Below are positions 1 to 9,670 of a stretch of 52,858 bases of DNA, one piece after another. How positions within the stretch are numbered: the first letter of the stretch is position 1; each line of letters begins with the position of its first letter. A program made the translations under genes and the position numbers. The notes under the pieces are model-generated. The model saw only the letters and a program-made list of their open reading frames with translations. It had not been told where the DNA came from and ran no database searches. The stretch is from Rhodothermales bacterium (GTDB lineage: Bacteria; Bacteroidota; Rhodothermia; Rhodothermales; JBHHWM01), in assembly GCA_046756545.1 (NCBI GenBank), contig JBHHWM010000004.1:1-52858 (forward strand). The letters are read 5' to 3'.

Positions 1-1314
1 GGCCTCTACGACGACCCCGGGCTAACCGACTACGTGGTTCGCGTCGGCGAGAGCGTGTTGGCCGAGAGCCACATACGCCGGCCCGGAGCCGATCTGGAGT
101 TCAGTAACACCCCTTTCACCTTTCGTGTGCTCGACAGCCCCGTCGTGAATGCGTTCGCGCTGCCCGGCGGCTACGTCTACGTCACACGCGGGTTGCTCTC
201 GCATCTCAACAACGAGGCGCAACTGGCGGTGGTGCTGGGGCACGAGGTGGGGCACGTCGTGGCCCGTCATGCCTCGCAACGCGCCGCCACCCAGCAACTC
301 GGTATGCTGGGGATCATCGGGGTGGCGATTGGCGGACAGGCCATCTTCGGGGGCTCGGCGGGCGAAAACATCCTCGGGCTCGGCGGAACGGCCGCCCAGT
401 TGCTCTTCCTGAGTTACAGCCGGGACAACGAACGCGAATCCGACAACCTGGGCGTGGATTATGCCGCGCTTGCCCATTACCGGCCCAATGAAGCCGCCGC
501 GTTTTTTAGCTCGCTCAAGCGCCTCGGCGCACAGCAGGAGAGCAGCATCCCCAGCTTCCTCTCGACCCACCCTGATCCGGGCGAGCGCGAACAAACGATT
601 CCGCGCCTTTCGGCACAGTGGGAGGGCCGAGGTGCGACCCTCGTTAACCAAGAGGACTATTACGAGGCGCTGGGTTCGCTGGTGTTAGGGAATAATCCGC
701 GGCACGGGTTCGTGGAGAACGGCGTCTTTTATCACCCCGATCTCGAATTCCGTTTTCCGGTTCCTGACGGCTATCAGGTAGATAACCAGACGTCGCAGGT
801 TGTGATGATTGCACCGGACGAGAAGGCGGCGCTGTTCTTCACCATTGTAGATGAAGCCACGTCGGCCCGCGACGCGGCAACGAAGTTTCTGGCGCAGGAC
901 GACATTCGCGAGGTCGATAGCGGCTCGACGCGGGTGAGCGGCAATCCGGCCTTCTATGCCGTAGCCGACGCCAATCTGGATGACGGCAGCGAGGCGCGGC
1001 TATTGACCTACTACATCGAGTATGGCGGGCAGGTGTACCTCTTCCTGGGATTTGCGAACAAACAGGCTTTTTCTTCTTATCGAGATGCCTTCGAACGGTC
1101 GATGCGGGGGTTCGACCGGGTTACCGACCGGCGCGTCTTGAACATCGAACCTACGCGCCTGCGCATTGTGAGGGCTGATCGGAGCGGTCCCTTCCAGTCG
1201 TTTCTTCCCTCCAACCTGCCGAGCCAGTTTACGCCGGAGGGTTTAGCCGTTCTCAACCAGGTAGCCCTCGACGAGCACATCGAGCGCGGGCAGCGCCTGA
1301 AACTGCCGCGCTGA
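1..1314 (+). CDS. M48-family zinc metalloprotease (BepA/YfgC-like) with C-terminal extension; 5' truncated by window edge
   Basis: Frame open from base 1 (GLYDDPGLTDYVVRVG). Motifs NAFALPGG, HEVGH (HExxH), YSRDNERESD, FLSTHP; LysM-like tail LNQVALDEHIERGQRLKLP. Confidence 0.9.
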   Translation, partial: GLYDDPGLTDYVVRVGESVLAESHIRRPGADLEFSNTPFTFRVLDSPVVNAFALPGGYVYVTRGLLSHLNNEAQLAVVLGHEVGHVVARHASQRAATQQLGMLGIIGVAIGGQAIFGGSAGENILGLGGTAAQLLFLSYSRDNERESDNLGVDYAALAHYRPNEAAAFFSSLKRLGAQQESSIPSFLSTHPDPGEREQTIPRLSAQWEGRGATLVNQEDYYEALGSLVLGNNPRHGFVENGVFYHPDLEFRFPVPDGYQVDNQTSQVVMIAPDEKAALFFTIVDEATSARDAATKFLAQDDIREVDSGSTRVSGNPAFYAVADANLDDGSEARLLTYYIEYGGQVYLFLGFANKQAFSSYRDAFERSMRGFDRVTDRRVLNIEPTRLRIVRADRSGPFQSFLPSNLPSQFTPEGLAVLNQVALDEHIERGQRLKLPR

Positions 1315-1358
1315 GCAGGGGCGTCGCCGGTCAGAACAAAGCGGCACGAGCGACCCGG

Positions 1359-1808
1359 TCAGGCCGGATCGGTGTCGTTGGTGGGCGGGATCAGCGTCGC
1401 TTCGCCGGCCAGCGCCATCTTGCCTTTGTAGTAGACGTACGTCCGCCCCTTGATGTGCTTGTGCTTCTCGATCTTCCCCGTGATTTTTACTTCCACCGTG
1501 ATCTCAGAGCCCACCGGCACCGGGCGTAGGAAACGGCACGACAGCGATACGGCAATACTTCCGGGGCCGGGAAAGTCGCGCCCGAGCACTTTTGAGATGA
1601 TACCGAGCAAGAACACGCCATGCACGATAGGTTTGCCGAACCGGGTGGTTTTGGCGTATTCGGCGTCTACGTGGATCGGGTTGTCGTCGCCGGTGATGGC
1701 GGCGAAGGTGCGAACATCTTCCTCCGTAATAACGTGCGTACCTTTGAACGTATCGCCGATCTGGAGGGATTCGTAGGTATGAATCGTTGAGGACAAATTG
1801 GTAGTCAT
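1359..1808 (-). CDS. MaoC/PhaJ-like (R)-specific enoyl-CoA hydratase, hot-dog fold
   Basis: Hydratase motif FAAITGDDNPIHVD; also PIVHG and FLRPVPVG. Confidence 0.9.
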   Translation of the reverse strand: MTTNLSSTIHTYESLQIGDTFKGTHVITEEDVRTFAAITGDDNPIHVDAEYAKTTRFGKPIVHGVFLLGIISKVLGRDFPGPGSIAVSLSCRFLRPVPVGSEITVEVKITGKIEKHKHIKGRTYVYYKGKMALAGEATLIPPTNDTDPA

Positions 1809-1851
1809 GGATGCAAGGAGCCGCCCGTGCAGTGGTAGCGGATGGACGTTT

Positions 1852-1884
1852 CAAAGTAACAAATCACCTCTGCAAAACGAAACG
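1852..1884 (-). promoter_or_regulatory. Putative promoter CGTTTC-N18-GTTACTTTG upstream of the maoC-like gene
   Basis: The same bipartite motif is found upstream of the genes starting at 35505 and 37098. Confidence 0.45.
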
Positions 1885-1987
1885 TCACGCGCGCGGCTTC
1901 TTCGATTTCGCAGGGAGACGTAACGGCCTCCAATCAGCAAGATGGAGATAAGTCTCTGTTTTACAATTGATTGTGCCTTGTTTGAGC

Positions 1988-2005
1988 AGGCATTCAAGAA
2001 TGCCT
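1988..2005 (-). terminator. Inverted repeat AGGCATTC-AA-GAATGCCT at the stop codon of the P-loop gene
   Basis: 8-bp perfect inverted repeat overlapping the TAG at 2004-2006; no clear U-tract. Confidence 0.3.
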
Positions 2006-3317
2006 ACGTTGCAAAACGACGCAGCATATCAGCCAGGGTGGGCGCACCGATTTCTTGCAATTCGTAATAGGCACGGAGGGCCGGTTTATCGATCTCGATG
2101 AGGTGGCGCAGATCAATGGGCGTGGCAATGAGCACCACGTCCGCCGGTGTGCGTCGAATCGTTTCGGCGAGTTCCTCGATTTGTTGCTGGCCGTAGCCCA
2201 TAGCGGGCAACACCGGGCCTGTCGTCGGGTATTTCTCGAAGGTCTCCTGAATGGAGCCGACGGCATAGGGGCGCGGGTCGATGATGTCGGCAGCGCCGTA
2301 TCGCCGGGCAGCGACCCAGCCCGCGCCGTAGGCCATTTCACCGTGGGTTAGCGTCGGGCCGTCCTCGATGACCAGAACTCGCTTGCCGTGCATCGACACG
2401 CCGCCGTCGACGAAGATGGGGCTGGCCGCGTCGATCATGGTGGCGGCGGGGTTGAGTTCCCGGGCGATGTGGCGGGCGGTTTCCACGTCGTCCAGCGCGG
2501 CGGTGTCCACTTTGTTGACGACCACCACGTCGGCCATGCGCACGTTCGTTTCGCCCGGATGGTAGCGCGCGGCGTGGTCGGGGCGATGCGGATCGACGAC
2601 GGTAATGAGCAGGTCGGGGACGTAGAAGGAGATATCATTATTGCCGCCGTCCCAGATGACGATGTCGGCTTCCTGCTCGGCTTGGCGCAGGATGGCCTCG
2701 TAGTCGACGCCGGCATAGACGACGCGGCCGGCGCGCAGGTGCGGTTCGTACTCTTCGCGTTCCTCAATGGTGACGTCGTGCTGGTCGAGGTCTTCGAAGG
2801 TTTCGAAGCGCTGCACGGCCTGCCGGACCAGATCTCCGTAGGGCATCGGATGGCGCACCACGACGACTTGCTTGCCCATCTCGGCCAGGAGAGCCGCCAC
2901 ACGGCGGCTGGTCTGGCTTTTGCCGCAGCCGGTGCGAGCGGCGCATACGGCCACTACGGGCACCTGAGCCTTTAGCATCGTGTGATGCGGGCCGAGCAGC
3001 AGATAATCGGCTCCGGCGGCCAGGACGCGGGAGCCCAGGTGCATCACGTCTTCGTGAGAGACGTCGCTGTAGCTGAACACCGCCACGTCTACCCGGCGCT
3101 CGCGGATGATCTCGGCGAGCTGATCCTCCGGTTCAATCGGAATGCCGTCGGGGTAGCCGGAACCGGCCAGTTCGGCTGGATATCGCCGTCCGTCTATGTT
3201 AGGAATCTGGGTTGCCGTAAAGGCTACCACTTCATAGTCGGGGTTGTTGCGGAAGTAGACGTTGAAGTTGTGGAAGTCACGTCCGGCAGCACCAAGGATG
3301 AGAACACGTTGGGACAT
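2004..3317 (-). CDS. COG2403-type P-loop enzyme (cyclic 2,3-diphosphoglycerate synthetase-like / arginine synthetase ArcE-like)
   Basis: N-terminal GAAGRDFHNFN...AFTATQIP, Walker A RTGCGKSQT, RHPMPYG, IEEREEYE, WDGGNND, EDGPTLTHG, PAMGY. Confidence 0.8.
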   Translation of the reverse strand: MSQRVLILGAAGRDFHNFNVYFRNNPDYEVVAFTATQIPNIDGRRYPAELAGSGYPDGIPIEPEDQLAEIIRERRVDVAVFSYSDVSHEDVMHLGSRVLAAGADYLLLGPHHTMLKAQVPVVAVCAARTGCGKSQTSRRVAALLAEMGKQVVVVRHPMPYGDLVRQAVQRFETFEDLDQHDVTIEEREEYEPHLRAGRVVYAGVDYEAILRQAEQEADIVIWDGGNNDISFYVPDLLITVVDPHRPDHAARYHPGETNVRMADVVVVNKVDTAALDDVETARHIARELNPAATMIDAASPIFVDGGVSMHGKRVLVIEDGPTLTHGEMAYGAGWVAARRYGAADIIDPRPYAVGSIQETFEKYPTTGPVLPAMGYGQQQIEELAETIRRTPADVVLIATPIDLRHLIEIDKPALRAYYELQEIGAPTLADMLRRFAT

Positions 3318-3601
3318 AGTGTGTCGAGGAATGGTATAAGGGAGAGTGGATGTGTGCTTTTCGGCACCCGCTCAGTTTGTTTAACGCGGTGGAAAATAAG
3401 GATTGCACCGTATTGATGGTATGTCGTTCGACGCCTCCAGGGCGTTCTTCGAGAGAAGTTGCCAATGGGATACGAGCGAAGCCCTTGCCGGGCTACGAAA
3501 AGATTCGCACCGTTTGCGCGTTGTAACGGCAGCCCTCGCCGGTCGTCCAATCAGAACAGAACACCGAAGGTGTTATTCAGAAAGACACAGGATTTGACCT
3601 G

Positions 3602-4333
3602 ATGCTACGTATAAACCTATTCCCCTTGATCGGCTTGATCAGTCTCGCGGTTGCGATGTGGGGAGCCGGGGAACACCGTGCTGCGATCCGTTCGGAAGAA
3701 GTTCTGATGGTCGAGGATTTCGAATCGGTTCGGGAGAATGCCTTGCCGGAGGGCTGGGTGTATCTGGCCCGGCGAGGCGGTGACCGGGTGCCGCCGGAGC
3801 ACGTCATGAACGCGCGCGAGAAGTTTTACGTCGTGCAAGAAAACGGCAACAACGTGTTGCGGGCGTACACCGAGGGCGAATCGCAGCGCATCTCACTGGT
3901 CAATCGAGAAGACGGATTCAACTGGGACCTCCGCACGCACCCGCACCTGGCCTGGGACTGGCGCGCGCTGCAGCTTCCCGAGGGAGCCAACGAAGAAGAG
4001 ATCAACGATACCGGGGCGGCGTTCTACGTCACCTTCGGCAAAGACTGGCTGGGGCGACCTCGAAGCATCAAGTACACCTATAGCTCCTCGCTGCCCGTGG
4101 GCACCGTCGTCTCGTTCGGGGTGTTGAAAGTCATTGTGGTCGCCAGCGGCGCCGACGGCCTCGGCGATTGGGTCCGCATCGAGCGCGACGTTGTGGCCGA
4201 CTATCGCCGGGTCTTCCGCCGCGATCCGCCGGATCATCCACGGTTCATCACCCTCTGGAGCGACTCCGACGATACGAAGAGCATCGCCGAAGTCGACTTC
4301 GACAACATACGGCTGCTTCCGTTGGATGAGTGA
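3602..4333 (+). CDS. DUF3047-family exported protein (copy 1)
   Basis: Signal peptide; P-L-W-W motif (HPHLAWDW), SIKYTYSS, W..IERDVVADY...F, WSDSDDT...FDNI. Confidence 0.8.
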   Translation: MLRINLFPLIGLISLAVAMWGAGEHRAAIRSEEVLMVEDFESVRENALPEGWVYLARRGGDRVPPEHVMNAREKFYVVQENGNNVLRAYTEGESQRISLVNREDGFNWDLRTHPHLAWDWRALQLPEGANEEEINDTGAAFYVTFGKDWLGRPRSIKYTYSSSLPVGTVVSFGVLKVIVVASGADGLGDWVRIERDVVADYRRVFRRDPPDHPRFITLWSDSDDTKSIAEVDFDNIRLLPLDE

Positions 4334-4452
4334 CGGGTGCAGAGAAAGACGAACCGCGACCGCAAGCGCGGCCTTGTAAATCCCCCGTGTGTCGGTATCT
4401 TTCGTCCACATTCAAGGATGTGTGTATCCTGACATCATCGAGGGGGACAGCC

Positions 4453-5358
4453 ATGAAAAATTTGCGGTATCAAACACTATGCGTCGGGTTTCTGTTGCTC
4501 GGAGTCGTGCATACAGCAAAGGCACAAGACGCGTTGAAAATCTATATCTCAGCAGATATGGAGGGCGTGGTGGGGGTTGTAACCGGGGAGCAACTCGGTC
4601 CCTCCGGCTTCGAATACCAACGCTTTCGCACATTCATGACCCAGGAGGTGAACACCGCGATTGAGGCTGCCTTTGAAGCCGGAGCAACCGAAGTGGTGGT
4701 CAGCGACTCGCACGGCAACGGGCAAAACCTGTTACTGGAGAAGCTTCCCGACAACGTCGTCGTCGTTCGTTCCTGGCCTCGGCCCTTGTCCATGATGCAA
4801 GGCATCGACGCCTCGTTTGACGGAGCCATCTTCCTCGGCTATCACACGAGCACCACCAACACGCAGGGCGTTCGGGCGCATACGATGTCCAGCGCGCGCC
4901 TGACGGCGGTTCGGTTGAATGGCCGTCCGATGGCTGAAGCAGGCGTCAACGCGGCCATCGCCGGGCACTTCAACGTTCCGGTGATCATGGTCTCGGGAGA
5001 CGACGCCATCGTGGAAGAAACAAGCGCCCTCCTCGGTGATGTGGAAGGGGCTGTGGTCAAGTGGGCCCTCGGGTTTCACTCGGCCAGGACGCTCACGCCC
5101 GAGGCCGGCTACAAGGTAATCGCCGAAAAAGTCAAAGCCGCGATAGGGCGTATTCGGGAGTTTAAACCTTATCGATTGGAGGGGCCTGTTCAGCTTGAGG
5201 TGAGTTTTAAAAACTACCGTCCCGTCGAAGTACTGGCCTATCTGCCCATCGTGGAACGCGTCGATGCCCACACGATTCAGTTTATTGGGCGGGACATGAT
5301 CGAAGTATCCAAGTTTCTCGCCTTTATCCTGAACTACAATCCTGATCTGTCGCCTTAA
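4453..5358 (+). CDS. M55-family D-aminopeptidase (DppA-like) with signal peptide
   Basis: ISADMEG, DSHGNG, GYH, HT, EAGVNA, SGDD motifs. ATG at 4453 follows GAGGGGG RBS; N-terminus ends in AKA|QD. Confidence 0.9.
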   Translation: MKNLRYQTLCVGFLLLGVVHTAKAQDALKIYISADMEGVVGVVTGEQLGPSGFEYQRFRTFMTQEVNTAIEAAFEAGATEVVVSDSHGNGQNLLLEKLPDNVVVVRSWPRPLSMMQGIDASFDGAIFLGYHTSTTNTQGVRAHTMSSARLTAVRLNGRPMAEAGVNAAIAGHFNVPVIMVSGDDAIVEETSALLGDVEGAVVKWALGFHSARTLTPEAGYKVIAEKVKAAIGRIREFKPYRLEGPVQLEVSFKNYRPVEVLAYLPIVERVDAHTIQFIGRDMIEVSKFLAFILNYNPDLSP

Positions 5359-5476
5359 TGCCCCCGCCGCGTGACGAGTCGTTCGCCGGCGGTGGTCTAT
5401 GCGCTGCTGATGAGAGAGCGGCTGTTCCTTTTCGTGGGCCTTCCGGGCTCCATCGCTTGCTCGATCCTTCTGAATT

Positions 5477-5998
5477 ATGCATAAACGCTATTTTTCGACC
5501 CTGTTTGTTCTGATATATCTGATGCCGGTCTCGGCAGTGCAGGCGCAGTTTTCCATCGACGGCTTGCAGCCCACGTCGAGCGCCGATGTGGTGGCCGCGA
5601 CGGTGCAGCTTCCGAAGGCGGGTGTCCGAGCCGGTACGGCATTCGAGATGTTCGTCGTGGTTCACGTGGCGGAAGGCTGGCACGTGAATGCGCACCGGCC
5701 CACCCTGAAGTACCTGATCGGGACGGCGTTTACCCTGGAGGCTGCTTACGATCTGCACGTGGCCGAAACCTACTACCCCGATCCCGTCCACCGACGCTTC
5801 GGATTCACCGAGGATACGTTGGTTGTGTACGAAGGCGTTTTTTCTATCATCCTGGCCGCTCGGGCCGCGAAGTCCATGCGGGCGGGATCGTACGCGTTAA
5901 AGGGTTCGCTGCGGGTGCAGGCTTGTAACGATCAGGTGTGTCTGCGACCGTCCACGGTAGCGGTGCCCGTACTCCTCCGGGTCGTCGAAGGCGAGTGA
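5477..5998 (+). CDS. Stand-alone DsbD N-terminal (Ig-like) domain protein, exported
   Basis: Signal peptide; GWHVN, VYEG, and VQACNDQVCL (Cx4C redox pair). Confidence 0.8.
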   Translation: MHKRYFSTLFVLIYLMPVSAVQAQFSIDGLQPTSSADVVAATVQLPKAGVRAGTAFEMFVVVHVAEGWHVNAHRPTLKYLIGTAFTLEAAYDLHVAETYYPDPVHRRFGFTEDTLVVYEGVFSIILAARAAKSMRAGSYALKGSLRVQACNDQVCLRPSTVAVPVLLRVVEGE

Positions 5999-6100
5999 TG
6001 TTTTCGTAGGATGTTTCTCTGGGATCCTCTCCGAGGGGATCCGGCGCTCAACGGGCCGTATATTTCAGCACGTCTGAGCTGTGACCACAAGGGATGAACG

Positions 6101-7090
6101 ATGCTCTCGCCCCGCAATCTACTCAAACAGCGGCGAACGGGTAAAGGAAATCAGGAGATACCCGTTGAGGATTTGAACGACCTGGGGTTTGGCTCTCGGG
6201 TGGTGGAAGAAAGCCGGCTACGCCTGCTCAACCGGGATGGGAGCTTCAACGTGGCGCGCAAAGGGCTCAGCTTCTTCCGGTCCATGCATCTGTATCACGC
6301 GTTGCTCACGATGTCGTGGTCTAGATTTTTTCTCACCTCTTTGGCAGCCTACTGCGTCGTAAACGTACTTTTTGCCGTGGGCTTTGTACTCTGCGGGCCG
6401 GAGGCGCTCTCCGGCGTCACCGGCACCACGCTGTCGGCGCGATTCCTGGATGCGTTCTTTTTCAGCGTGCAGACCTTTACAACGGTGGGTTTTGGACACA
6501 TCAGCCCGAACAGCCTGGCCGCCGACCTACTCGTGACGTTCGACGCGTTTGTGGGGCTGCTCGCCTTTGCGCTGGCGGCCGGGCTGGTCTTCGCCCGGTT
6601 TTCCCGACCCTCGACCCGGATCACGTTCAGCGAACGGGCCGTCATCGCGCCTTATCGCGACGTCACCGCCTTCGAATTTCGCATCGTCAACGAGCGCCGC
6701 AGCCAGTTGATCGAAGTCGAAGCCAAGGTAGCGGTGCGGCTGACACAGCACGAGGAGGGGCAGCGCACGACCCGGTTTCATTCTCTGCCGTTGGAACGGA
6801 GCAAGGTGGCGTTCTTTCCCCTGCACTGGACCGTGGTGCATCCCATCGATGAGGACAGCCCGCTTTTCGGGTATACTCCAGAGAGGTTGCAGGCCTGCCG
6901 GGCTGAATTCTTGATCCTGCTCACGGCCATCGACGATACCTTTTTGCAGGTCGTGCATGCCCGCTCCTCGTATCGGTATGACGAGGTCGTCTTCGGTGCG
7001 AGGTTCGCAGACTTGCTGGAACCCTCAGACGAGGGCATGGTCCGCATCGACCTGCGCAGGCTCCACGATATCGAACAGGTCGCTCTCTAA
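6101..7090 (+). CDS. Inward-rectifier potassium channel (KirBac family)
   Basis: Two TM helices, pore FFFSVQTFTTVGFG, ARFSRP, WTVVHPIDEDSPL cytoplasmic domain. Confidence 0.95.
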   Translation: MLSPRNLLKQRRTGKGNQEIPVEDLNDLGFGSRVVEESRLRLLNRDGSFNVARKGLSFFRSMHLYHALLTMSWSRFFLTSLAAYCVVNVLFAVGFVLCGPEALSGVTGTTLSARFLDAFFFSVQTFTTVGFGHISPNSLAADLLVTFDAFVGLLAFALAAGLVFARFSRPSTRITFSERAVIAPYRDVTAFEFRIVNERRSQLIEVEAKVAVRLTQHEEGQRTTRFHSLPLERSKVAFFPLHWTVVHPIDEDSPLFGYTPERLQACRAEFLILLTAIDDTFLQVVHARSSYRYDEVVFGARFADLLEPSDEGMVRIDLRRLHDIEQVAL

Positions 7091-8275
7091 CCCACGGTGA
7101 TCGTCGAGACCGAGAAGCTGGTGGTATAATGCTTCGAACGAGGCGGCAGCGCGGTCCCAGGTCAGGTGTTCCCGCACGTGACACCGCCCGGCACGACCCA
7201 GTTGAAGCGCCTTCTCCGGATCCTTGAGCAGACGGGTGATTGCAGCAGCCAGCGCCTCAGGCGCATCCGGTTCGACCAGGATCCCCGTGTGGTTGTGGTG
7301 GATGATTTCGGGCGTGCCGCCTACGCGGGTACTGATGACGGGTACGCCGACCGCCATCGCACCCAGGATGGCCAGGCTGAAGTTTTCTTCCCGCGACGGC
7401 AACACGACCATCCGGGCTCCTGATAGGATGCGGGCCAACTCATCTTGAGGCATCCAGGGAAGGAGTTCGACCCGGTCGGCCAGGCCCAGGCGCTGGATCT
7501 GGCGCTCGATGGCTTGTTTTTCCGGCCCCCGGCCAATGAGGAGCGTTCGGGGGGCCTCGGCACCGATGATGCCGAGGGCATCCACCAGGGTATCGACGCC
7601 CTTGATGGCATGGAACTTACCGAAAAAGACAAGGGGGCCGCTCTCCATCGCTACGGGGTCCAGGTCGTAGGAGAGGAATTCTTCGGGCACGCCGTTGTGG
7701 ACGACGCGCACGTGGGGCGGCTTCAGATGGAAGGCACGACGTACCAGGTCGGCAGCGAAGGCACTGGGCGGCACGCACAGGTCGGCGTGGCGGGCGGCCC
7801 GGCCTTGCATCAGATATTTTCCTTCCCTGAGTGCCAGCCAAACCTTATCCAGTGAGGATAATTTGTTGTTGTTGAGCAGCGCGTGCGGATAGCGTGGATG
7901 CCGGGGCGTGGCGATGAAACCGAAGCGATAGTGCTGCCGGAGCCGGTGAATCATCCCTCCTTCTTCGCCGTTGCTGTGGATCACGGTGTCCTGTTTGCGG
8001 TCGAGCAAGGATTCAACGACACGGGCCACCGAAAAGGCGTTGAGCGGGCGCAGCGGGGCGTTCCGCCGGCTACGCACGTCGAAAAACGTGGCCCAGTGCA
8101 GGTCGTACGGCAGATGGCGGGGATGCGCGATGGTTTCCCAGGGGGGCTTGGTATAGACGACGGACACATCATGCCCCCGACGGCACAGCGCGGTAGCCAG
8201 GTTATGAGTCGAGCGCTGTGCGCCCCCTCCATGGGCTGACCAAGGTGAGAAATCAATCGTCAGGATGATGTGCAT
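7025..8275 (-). CDS. GT4 family glycosyltransferase
   Basis: GGAQRS N-terminal motif, KGVDTL, PSREENFSLAILGAMAVGVPVI, VGGTPE. The second Glu of EX7E is replaced by Gly. Confidence 0.9.
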   Translation of the reverse strand: MHIILTIDFSPWSAHGGGAQRSTHNLATALCRRGHDVSVVYTKPPWETIAHPRHLPYDLHWATFFDVRSRRNAPLRPLNAFSVARVVESLLDRKQDTVIHSNGEEGGMIHRLRQHYRFGFIATPRHPRYPHALLNNNKLSSLDKVWLALREGKYLMQGRAARHADLCVPPSAFAADLVRRAFHLKPPHVRVVHNGVPEEFLSYDLDPVAMESGPLVFFGKFHAIKGVDTLVDALGIIGAEAPRTLLIGRGPEKQAIERQIQRLGLADRVELLPWMPQDELARILSGARMVVLPSREENFSLAILGAMAVGVPVISTRVGGTPEIIHHNHTGILVEPDAPEALAAAITRLLKDPEKALQLGRAGRCHVREHLTWDRAAASFEALYHQLLGLDDHRGLESDLFDIVEPAQVDADHALV

Positions 8276-9417
8276 AGCTCCTTGGTCATGGTTTCGTAAA
8301 GGTGATGGGCCGTATGATCCCAGGTGGCCTCCTGTATTACACGTTGCTGGCCGTTAGCTCCTAAGCGGGCGGCCAGGTTGTCATCGCACAAGAGGCGGAG
8401 TAGGGCCACCGCCAGCCCGGCTTCGTCATCCGGCTCTACGAGAAGCCCGGTTTCGCCGTGGCGCACGGCGTCGGGGATACCTCCGGATCTCGCTCCGATG
8501 ACAGGCTTTGCGCAGGCATTGGCTTCCAGAAAGGCGATACCGAAGCCTTCGACGTGGGGACCGTCTTCGCGGGAAGGCATGGCGAAGACGTCGCACACAT
8601 TATAGTACGAGCGCAGTTCGTCGTGCGGGATGGTACCCAGGAAACGCACGTAGTCGGTAAGGTGTAATTCGCGGGTGAGTGCTTTCAGACGTTCCCGGTC
8701 GGGGCCGTTTCCGCCAATCAGATAATATACGTTTGGAATCGTCCGGACCACCTGCGGCAGGGCGCGCAGCACGGTATCGATCCCTTTACGCGAAACGAGT
8801 CGGCTCACGGTCAGGATGACCTTTTGGTGATCCAGGCCAAGATCCCGGCGCAGCGCCCGGACATTGTCCATGGGGCGAAAATGGGTTGGGTCGGTGCCGT
8901 TGCCCAGGACCGTGATGCGCTCGGCGGGCACGCCGTGTCGTTGGAGCAGCATGCCGGTGTACCGGCTGACAGGGAACAGCCTGTCGGCGCGACGCAGGAG
9001 ACCGGTACGGACCCGATTGAAAAACGAACCCAAAATACTATGACGCCTCCAGGGTTCGAGAAGTAACTCGCGCCCGTGGGCAGCCACAAAGATACGCCGG
9101 GGGCCTCCCAGCGGGCGTGCCATCCACGATGCCAGGACGGCCGGCCATTGGACGTGAAAAACGGCGTCGAAGCCGCGCTGACGGGCGAGCCTGAGCAGGG
9201 GGCGCAGCGTTTTGAGGCCGAACGTGTTGTACGATGCGCGTATGCGGACGACGTCGAATGGCAGCCGGGTGTCTACGGCGTCGGTGTTGGGCAGCGCAGG
9301 AGCCAGTACCGCGAAGTCTTCACACCGTTCGGCCAGGCGCCGGGCCAATTCATAGGCATAAGTTTGCGTGCCTCCTACGTCGGGAGGGAAGTCCTGAGTG
9401 ATGAGCAACAGGCGCAT
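8260..9417 (-). CDS. GT4 family glycosyltransferase (PimB'-like)
   Basis: Begins MRLLLITQDFPPDVGGTQTY; RLVSRKGID; EGFGIAFLEANAC; SGGIPDAV. Overlaps the next gene by 16 bp. Confidence 0.93.
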   Translation of the reverse strand: MRLLLITQDFPPDVGGTQTYAYELARRLAERCEDFAVLAPALPNTDAVDTRLPFDVVRIRASYNTFGLKTLRPLLRLARQRGFDAVFHVQWPAVLASWMARPLGGPRRIFVAAHGRELLLEPWRRHSILGSFFNRVRTGLLRRADRLFPVSRYTGMLLQRHGVPAERITVLGNGTDPTHFRPMDNVRALRRDLGLDHQKVILTVSRLVSRKGIDTVLRALPQVVRTIPNVYYLIGGNGPDRERLKALTRELHLTDYVRFLGTIPHDELRSYYNVCDVFAMPSREDGPHVEGFGIAFLEANACAKPVIGARSGGIPDAVRHGETGLLVEPDDEAGLAVALLRLLCDDNLAARLGANGQQRVIQEATWDHTAHHLYETMTKELCTSS

Positions 9418-9670
9418 ACAGGCAACCCAATAGAACAAACGGATCGCGAACGGCAACGTCGGGCAGCCCCAGGACGCACCGCATAAAAAGCGCCTTGTAA
9501 GCGGAGGCGCGCCGCACGTTCCCGTACGTACGGTGAGGGTGCATCCGGCCTCTGCGAATCCGACCTGGAGCCGGCATGTAGGCCCGGCACGGCCTCTCGG
9601 TAGCTGCCCGAGACGACCGATGCTCGTATATTGGCCGAAACGGAATGCTTGTTGGACCCCCGATTATCTC

